Below, piece after piece: positions 58,407-64,000 of a DNA stretch of 64,000 nt (position 1 is the stretch's first letter; every line of letters starts with the position of its first letter). The notes under the pieces are model-generated. The model was given only the letters and a program-made list of their open reading frames with translations, was not told the origin of the DNA and searched no databases. Position numbers and translations under genes: made by a program. The DNA is from Chloroflexota bacterium (GTDB lineage: Bacteria; Chloroflexota; UBA11872; VXOZ01), in NCBI GenBank assembly GCA_965221905.1, contig OZ244922.1:1952001-2016000 (forward strand), read 5' to 3'.

Positions 58407-59993
58407 ATGCGGTCTATTCGCGTCTTGCTTTTCGCAACCCTTTTAGTTGTAGTTACTGCTTTAGGACTTCCATGCTACTCAGCACAGGCCACAGGTCCAC
58501 TCGACGGTAGAGTGATCGTGATCGATCCTGGGCATGGCGGGGAAGACCCGGGAGCCGTGGTCAATGGCTTCAGAGAAAAAGATGTAAACCTTCAGATTGC
58601 GCTAAAAGTCAAGTCGCTCTTGGAAACGGCCGGCGCAACCACAATTTATACACGCGATGGCGACTTGACTCTAGGAAACAGCGCGGATCATCGCCGATCA
58701 GATCTGGAAGCGCGGTTGCAGATTGCAAATGAATCGAATGGGGACATCTTTATCTCCATTCATGCGGACTCTTTGGAGGATACGTCGCGCACGGGTGTGG
58801 TGGTTTTCTACGGTCCGGCATCCGGATACCTATATTCCCATACACGACCGCTGGAACTCATAGCTCGAAGCAGAAACCTTGCTCTCACCCTCCGCGACAG
58901 TCTTCAAATAGTAGCTAGTGCAGATGATCGTGGCGTTCGTTCGGTCCCGTACTACCTTTTAGGTAAGATCGGAATTCCGGCGGTCATTGCCGAGGTAGGC
59001 ACATTGACCAACTATGCAGAGGCAATCAAGCTCAATGACCCGAACTACCAGCAGCAAGTCGCAGCCTCGATCTTTAGTGGTATCCTCACGTACTTTATCA
59101 ATCCGGACGGACGCTTCATTGAAGATTTGACAATACCGGACGGCACAGCCGTTTTGGCGGGAAGCAACTTTACAAAGACCTGGAGAATCATGAATACCGG
59201 TGGAAGCGCCTGGAACGAAGACTTCAAACTGGTATTCAAGGGTAGGAATCGCCTCGGCGGCCCCGAGAGCGTGCCCTTGCCACATTTGATGCCAGGTGAA
59301 AGCGGTGCCGTGAGCGTAGAATTGCAAGCGCCGACCTACTGCGGCGAGTGTATGGGCGTCTGGACCATGCAGGGACCGGGTGGAAGGATCTTCGGCGATG
59401 ATCTTTGGGTAAGTATAGGCTTACGTGACTCTCTACCGACTGATCCGGTGCCGCAGAGCGAAAGTCCGGACGCGATGTATTACATTCAGACGGGGCATAA
59501 CATCTTTGGCGGATTTCGCAAGTTCTTCGAGGCAAATGGCGGTATCGACATCTTCGGTTATCCGCGCACCGAAGAGCTTATTGAAGACGGCATGACCGTA
59601 CAGTATTTCCAACGAGCCCGTTTCGAGTATCATCCGGAATTTGCAGGAACGCCCTACGAAGTACAACTAATGCTGCTCGGCAATTACATTCGCAATGGCG
59701 AGCCGCCTGCCGAGACTGTGGCGTCAATGCCGACGACTGAAACCCAAGAGTACTTTCCGCAGACAGGTCACTCTGTGCACTTTGCCTTCTTGAAGTTCTT
59801 TCGTGAGAACGGTGGCATTTACATCTTTGGCTACCCCGTTACGCAAGAGGTGGTTGAGGACGGTCGAATTGTGCAGTATTTCCAACGCGCACGCTTTGAG
59901 TATCACCCCCAACACGCTGGAACACGGTACGAAGTACAACTAGGTCTCCTGGGAGACACTATTCTCCGCCAGAGGGCTTTGCTCTTCGATTGA
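58407..59993 (+). CDS. N-acetylmuramoyl-L-alanine amidase (Amidase_3) + NBR1-Ig-like domain + 2 wall repeats
   Basis: Signal peptide; IDPGHGG, EKDVNL, SIHAD, AEVG; D.TIPDGT...FTKTWR..NTG..W; two TGH...FGYP...QYFQRARFEYHP repeats. Confidence 0.92.
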   Translation: MRSIRVLLFATLLVVVTALGLPCYSAQATGPLDGRVIVIDPGHGGEDPGAVVNGFREKDVNLQIALKVKSLLETAGATTIYTRDGDLTLGNSADHRRSDLEARLQIANESNGDIFISIHADSLEDTSRTGVVVFYGPASGYLYSHTRPLELIARSRNLALTLRDSLQIVASADDRGVRSVPYYLLGKIGIPAVIAEVGTLTNYAEAIKLNDPNYQQQVAASIFSGILTYFINPDGRFIEDLTIPDGTAVLAGSNFTKTWRIMNTGGSAWNEDFKLVFKGRNRLGGPESVPLPHLMPGESGAVSVELQAPTYCGECMGVWTMQGPGGRIFGDDLWVSIGLRDSLPTDPVPQSESPDAMYYIQTGHNIFGGFRKFFEANGGIDIFGYPRTEELIEDGMTVQYFQRARFEYHPEFAGTPYEVQLMLLGNYIRNGEPPAETVASMPTTETQEYFPQTGHSVHFAFLKFFRENGGIYIFGYPVTQEVVEDGRIVQYFQRARFEYHPQHAGTRYEVQLGLLGDTILRQRALLFD

Positions 59994-60013
59994 GAGCCCT
60001 GAAATCAGGGTTC
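59994..60013 (+). terminator. Hairpin directly after the amidase stop
   Basis: GAGCCCTG-aaat-CAGGGTTC; no clear U-tract. Confidence 0.4.
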
Positions 60014-60270
60014 ACCAAAATTTGAATAAACGTATGTGTCCCACGCATATACGTCCCATCCTTCCTCCTTTTTTCCTGATGACATGCCGCTCGTACGCCC
60101 GGGCGGCTTGTCATTTTAATGTGTATCCTTGAATACTTGGCGATGTCAAAGGTTGAATGCAAAGCCATGGCAGTTCTGGACTTAAGACTAGTGCTATTGG
60201 GCCGGCTGGGCGCTTGTACGTAATGTACGATTGGAGGCGCATTGGCCGCGGATAAAGGAGAATGGAACTC

Positions 60271-60299
60271 TTGCAGTAGTTTAGACGTGCGTGTATAAT
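60271..60299 (+). promoter_or_regulatory. Sigma70 promoter of lon-dnaK
   Basis: TTGCAG-N17-TATAAT. Confidence 0.7.
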
Positions 60300-60323
60300 G
60301 ACCCTATATCAGAAACTACAGTT

Positions 60324-60348
60324 TAGTTGACATGGTGACACTCAACTA
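60324..60348. promoter_or_regulatory. HAIR-like (HspR-type) inverted-repeat operator
   Basis: taGTTGACA-N7-ACTCAACta versus HAIR CTTGAGT-N7-ACTCAAG; lies just downstream of the promoter of lon-dnaK. Confidence 0.6.
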
Positions 60349-60401
60349 TTACATCTAATGCAGTAAAGTCAATCTAAGGGAGCTCGTAAGGACCCAATCG
60401 C

Positions 60402-62879
60402 ATGGCAAAGCAGCCTGAAGAGGTTCGACAGACTGAGGAAGCAGCGGCGGAGGACAATCTCCTGCGCCTGCCGGTTGTAGTGCTCATGGACTCCGTTGTC
60501 TTTCCGTATATGACCGTTCCCCTGCGCCTTGAAGACGACTCGGCATTTAAGGCGGTCGCGGCGGCCGTAGAGGATGATCACAAGGTCTTGCTCCTTACGC
60601 CGGACAAAAAATTCAATCCGCAGCGCCCAAAGCAGGAGCATGCCGGTACTATCGGGACCATCGCCGGTGTAGGCCAGCTCATTCGACTTCCCGACGGCAA
60701 ACATCAGGCCCTCTTTCAAGGTCAAAAGCGAGGCCGCTTGGTCAAGATTTGGAAGAAGAAGCACTTGATCGCAGAGGTGGAGGCTATAGAGGAGGTGGCG
60801 GAGTCCACACTAGAAACCGAAGCGCTGGTGCGGAGTGTCATCAACCAGATCGAGACCTATGTTGAAAAGGAACCTCAGGTGCCACGCGACGCTGTAGCGG
60901 TGGCGCGGGGTATGGACGATCCAGGACGACTTGCCGATCTCTTTGGTTACGCGCCTGAGCTCACCCTCAATGAGCGGCGCAAACTGCTAAGCATTACGGA
61001 CCCGGTGGAGCGCTTGAAACGTGTCTACCGCATCATGGCCCGACAACTACAGATTTCCGAGGTCAAGTCGCGCATTCAAGGCGAAATCCAGCAGGGGATG
61101 GAGAAGGCTCAGCGGGAGTACTATCTCCGCGAGCAACTCAAGGCAATCCACCGCGAATTAGGAGAGGCCAATCCGCAACTGGCTGAGATCGAGGAGATTA
61201 AGAAGGCGATTGAAGAATCGCAAATGCCGGATGAGGTAAAGGACAAGGCGCGCCATGAGGCCGGACGCCTTGGCAACATGCCCTCGGCTTCACCGGAAGT
61301 AGGCATAGTTCGCACCTATCTGGAGTGGCTCCTTGGCCTACCGTGGGCGGACGGCTCGCACGAGGAAGTGGAAATAAGTCAAGTAAAGCAAGTTCTTGAC
61401 CAGGATCACTACGGATTAGACAAGGTTAAGGATAGAATTCTCGAATATCTTGCAGTGCGCAGCCTCGCAAAGCATGCACGGACGCCGATACTTTGTCTGA
61501 TCGGCCCACCGGGAGTTGGCAAGACCTCACTGGGCCGTTCGGTCGCGCGGGCGTTGGACCGCAAGTTTGTCCGCATCAGCTTGGGAGGCGTACGTGACGA
61601 GGCGGAAATTCGCGGTCACCGCCGCACGTATATTGGCGCGCTCCCCGGCAGGATTATCCAGGGCATGCGCCAGGCAGGCGTGGTCAATCCGGTTTTCGTG
61701 CTAGATGAAATCGACAAGCTGGGCTACGACTTTCGAGGCGATCCTTCCAGCGCGATGCTCGAGGTCTTGGATCCGGAACAGAACTTCAGCTTCTCCGATC
61801 ACTATCTCGAAGTGCCCTATGACCTCTCGAAGGTGCTCTTCATTGCGACGGGAAACCTGATGGAGACTATTCCGCCGGCCCTGCTCGATCGTATGGAGGT
61901 TATCAATGTCTCGGGTTATACGGAGGAAGAGAAGCTCCACATCGCGCGTGGGTACTTGGTCCCGCGCCAACTAAAGCAGCATGGGCTCACGCGGTCGCAA
62001 TGCAAAATCACGGATGGAGGGCTGCGCAAGGTAGTTCGCGGCTACACCGCTGAAGCCGGCGTGCGGAATCTAGAACGGCAGATTGCCACGATCGACCGCA
62101 AAGTTGCGCGCATGATTGCCGCGGATGAGCAAAAGTCGGCACGAGTCGGCCCTCGCCGCGTGCAGGAACTGCTGGGTCCGGAGAAGTTGAACACGAAACT
62201 CGACAGGCGTGAAGACGAAATTGGTGTTGTAACCGGTCTGGCGTGGACCGCGGCCGGTGGTGAGGTTAGCACGGTAGAAGCGGCTCTTATGAAGGGCAAA
62301 GGCAATCTCATCCTGACCGGTCAGCTTGGCGAAGTGATGCAGGAGTCTGCGATAACGGCGCTTTCTTTTGCCCGTGCCAAGGCGCGGACCTTCGACATCG
62401 CAGCGGACGTGATCGAGGGGAACGATCTCCACGTCCATGTGCCGGCCGGCGCCGTACCTAAAGAAGGACCTTCTGCAGGCGTGGCGTTGGCGACGTCGAT
62501 TGTTTCAATCTTTACGCAGCGACCTGTAAGCAAGGACGTTGCAATGACAGGCGAAGTCACCTTGCGCGGTCGCGTGTTGCCGGTCAGCGGATTGAAAGAG
62601 AAGTTGCTGGCCGCCCACCGAGCCGGGGTGCGTTCCGTGGTACTTCCCAGCAAGAACAAACATAGTCTGGAAGACGTGCCGAAGGAAGCCCTTGAGCAGT
62701 TGCAGATTATCTGGGCCGAAACGATGGACGATGTGCTCGAGGCCGCGCTACTCGTGACTGCTTCGGGCGGGAAGAACAAGAAAAAGCTCTCGACGAAGAA
62801 ACGGCGGCTTCCGGCCCCAACGCCGGAGAGTCACCCGGTCGTCACACCCATAAGTCCAACAATAGCTGAGGAGGCATAG
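60402..62879 (+). CDS. lon: ATP-dependent Lon protease
   Basis: [40 protein letters not shown] (Ser), GLKEK (Lys). Confidence 0.97.
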   Translation: MAKQPEEVRQTEEAAAEDNLLRLPVVVLMDSVVFPYMTVPLRLEDDSAFKAVAAAVEDDHKVLLLTPDKKFNPQRPKQEHAGTIGTIAGVGQLIRLPDGKHQALFQGQKRGRLVKIWKKKHLIAEVEAIEEVAESTLETEALVRSVINQIETYVEKEPQVPRDAVAVARGMDDPGRLADLFGYAPELTLNERRKLLSITDPVERLKRVYRIMARQLQISEVKSRIQGEIQQGMEKAQREYYLREQLKAIHRELGEANPQLAEIEEIKKAIEESQMPDEVKDKARHEAGRLGNMPSASPEVGIVRTYLEWLLGLPWADGSHEEVEISQVKQVLDQDHYGLDKVKDRILEYLAVRSLAKHARTPILCLIGPPGVGKTSLGRSVARALDRKFVRISLGGVRDEAEIRGHRRTYIGALPGRIIQGMRQAGVVNPVFVLDEIDKLGYDFRGDPSSAMLEVLDPEQNFSFSDHYLEVPYDLSKVLFIATGNLMETIPPALLDRMEVINVSGYTEEEKLHIARGYLVPRQLKQHGLTRSQCKITDGGLRKVVRGYTAEAGVRNLERQIATIDRKVARMIAADEQKSARVGPRRVQELLGPEKLNTKLDRREDEIGVVTGLAWTAAGGEVSTVEAALMKGKGNLILTGQLGEVMQESAITALSFARAKARTFDIAADVIEGNDLHVHVPAGAVPKEGPSAGVALATSIVSIFTQRPVSKDVAMTGEVTLRGRVLPVSGLKEKLLAAHRAGVRSVVLPSKNKHSLEDVPKEALEQLQIIWAETMDDVLEAALLVTASGGKNKKKLSTKKRRLPAPTPESHPVVTPISPTIAEEA

Positions 62880-62884
62880 CAAAC

Positions 62885-64000
62885 ATGGGCAAGATAATTG
62901 GTATTGACCTTGGTACGACCAACTCCGTGGTCGCAGTGATGGAGGGCGGTGACCCGGTGGTCATCCCTACATCGGAGGGCGGCGACCTCTGTCCTTCAGT
63001 GGTAGCTTTTACCAAGAGCAAAGAGCGCTTGGTCGGTCAATTGGCGCGGCGTCAAGCCGTATTGAATCCTGAGAACACAGTTTCTTCCATCAAGCGTTTC
63101 ATGGGCCATCGCCAAGATGAAGTGCAAAACGAAGGCCGACTGGTTGCCTACACGATAACCACGGGGTCTAAAGGCGAAGCACGAGTCGCGATTCCGGCTA
63201 TGGGCAAAGACTTTACGCCGGAAGAAATCTCCGCGATGATCTTGCAGAAGCTAAAGGGCGACGCTGAGAAATATCTCGGTGAGGAAGTCACGCAGGCCGT
63301 TCTCACCGTACCCGCATACTTCAATGACAGCCAGCGCCAGGCCACGAAGAATGCCGGGCAGGTTGCCGGCCTGGAGGTGCTGCGCATTATCAATGAGCCC
63401 ACTGCAGCCTCGCTGGCCTATGGTCTCGACAAGAAATCGACGGAGACTATCCTGGTCTGGGACCTGGGTGGCGGCACGTTCGATGTCTCGATCCTCGAAG
63501 TCGGCGACGGCGTGTTCGAGGTTAAGTCGACGGCGGGCGATACCCATCTAGGCGGCGATGACTACGATGATAGAATTGTCAGCTATCTTGCCGAGCAGTT
63601 CCAAAGTGACGAGGGTATTGATCTGCGCAAGGATCGGCAGGCGCTGCAACGCCTAATCGAAGCCTCGGAGAAGGCCAAAATCGAGCTCTCCACCATGGTC
63701 CAGACGGAGATCAATCTGCCGTATATTACTGCCGACCAGAATGGCCCCAAACACCTTTCTCACACGTTGTCGCGCGCCAGGTTTGAAGACCTGACCGCTA
63801 CGCTGACCGAACGCACCAAACGTCCCTTCCAACAGGCGTTGAACGATGCCGGACTCAGCCCCAATGACATCGATGAGGTGGTGCTTGTAGGCGGCTCAAC
63901 TCGTATGCCGGTAATTCAGGAGCTGGTAAAGAAGCTCATCGGCAAAGACCCCCACCAGGGCGTCAACCCGGATGAGGTAGTGGCAGTTGGCGCGGCAATT
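62885..64000 (+). CDS. dnaK: Chaperone DnaK (3'-truncated; absent from the ORF track)
   Basis: ATG 62885 after GAGGAGG reads [14 protein letters not shown]; later [51 protein letters not shown]. Confidence 0.97.
   Translation, partial: MGKIIGIDLGTTNSVVAVMEGGDPVVIPTSEGGDLCPSVVAFTKSKERLVGQLARRQAVLNPENTVSSIKRFMGHRQDEVQNEGRLVAYTITTGSKGEARVAIPAMGKDFTPEEISAMILQKLKGDAEKYLGEEVTQAVLTVPAYFNDSQRQATKNAGQVAGLEVLRIINEPTAASLAYGLDKKSTETILVWDLGGGTFDVSILEVGDGVFEVKSTAGDTHLGGDDYDDRIVSYLAEQFQSDEGIDLRKDRQALQRLIEASEKAKIELSTMVQTEINLPYITADQNGPKHLSHTLSRARFEDLTATLTERTKRPFQQALNDAGLSPNDIDEVVLVGGSTRMPVIQELVKKLIGKDPHQGVNPDEVVAVGAAI

Noticed and set aside
60262-60279. Mini-ORF MELLQ with AAGGAG RBS upstream of lon
   Set aside because: Lies upstream of and within the predicted promoter, so it would not be on the lon transcript.

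Overview
A chromosomal window from a moderately GC-rich bacterium, very probably Chloroflexota (inferred from TGH..GYP..QYFQRARFE wall repeats, an NBR1-Ig domain and Tat-lipoprotein solute-binding proteins). It is possibly host- or sponge-associated, given a TolB/PD40 plus plant-type LRR protein. In order it holds: the 5'-truncated PD40-LRR gene; small-molecule enzymes (ThiO-like oxidase, nucleoside hydrolase, MOSC, SDR, Pfk, MFS); a lone superinfection-immunity gene; fmdB-like and holB; a surface-polysaccharide locus (2 GT4, WcaJ-like, 2 CapA/Wzz, a Tyr-tail-less CapB); rarA; an AttEFGH-type ABC/lipocalin operon; tRNA-Arg(CCG); a rex-nuoABCD-G-HIJKLMN complex I operon with no nuoE/nuoF and a Rex-type operator over its -10; vanW; a nest of REP/MITE-like miniature elements; an 11.5-kb co-oriented catabolic cluster (isomerase, Gfo/Idh/MocA, paired amidohydrolases, class III aminotransferase, cysteine hydrolase, two orphan solute-binding proteins, RidA); a YVTN propeller protein; a wall amidase; and lon-dnaK (3'-truncated) behind a HAIR-like operator. 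No CRISPR array, rRNA, transposase or integrase was seen. All calls come from reading motifs by eye; no database search or folding program was run.
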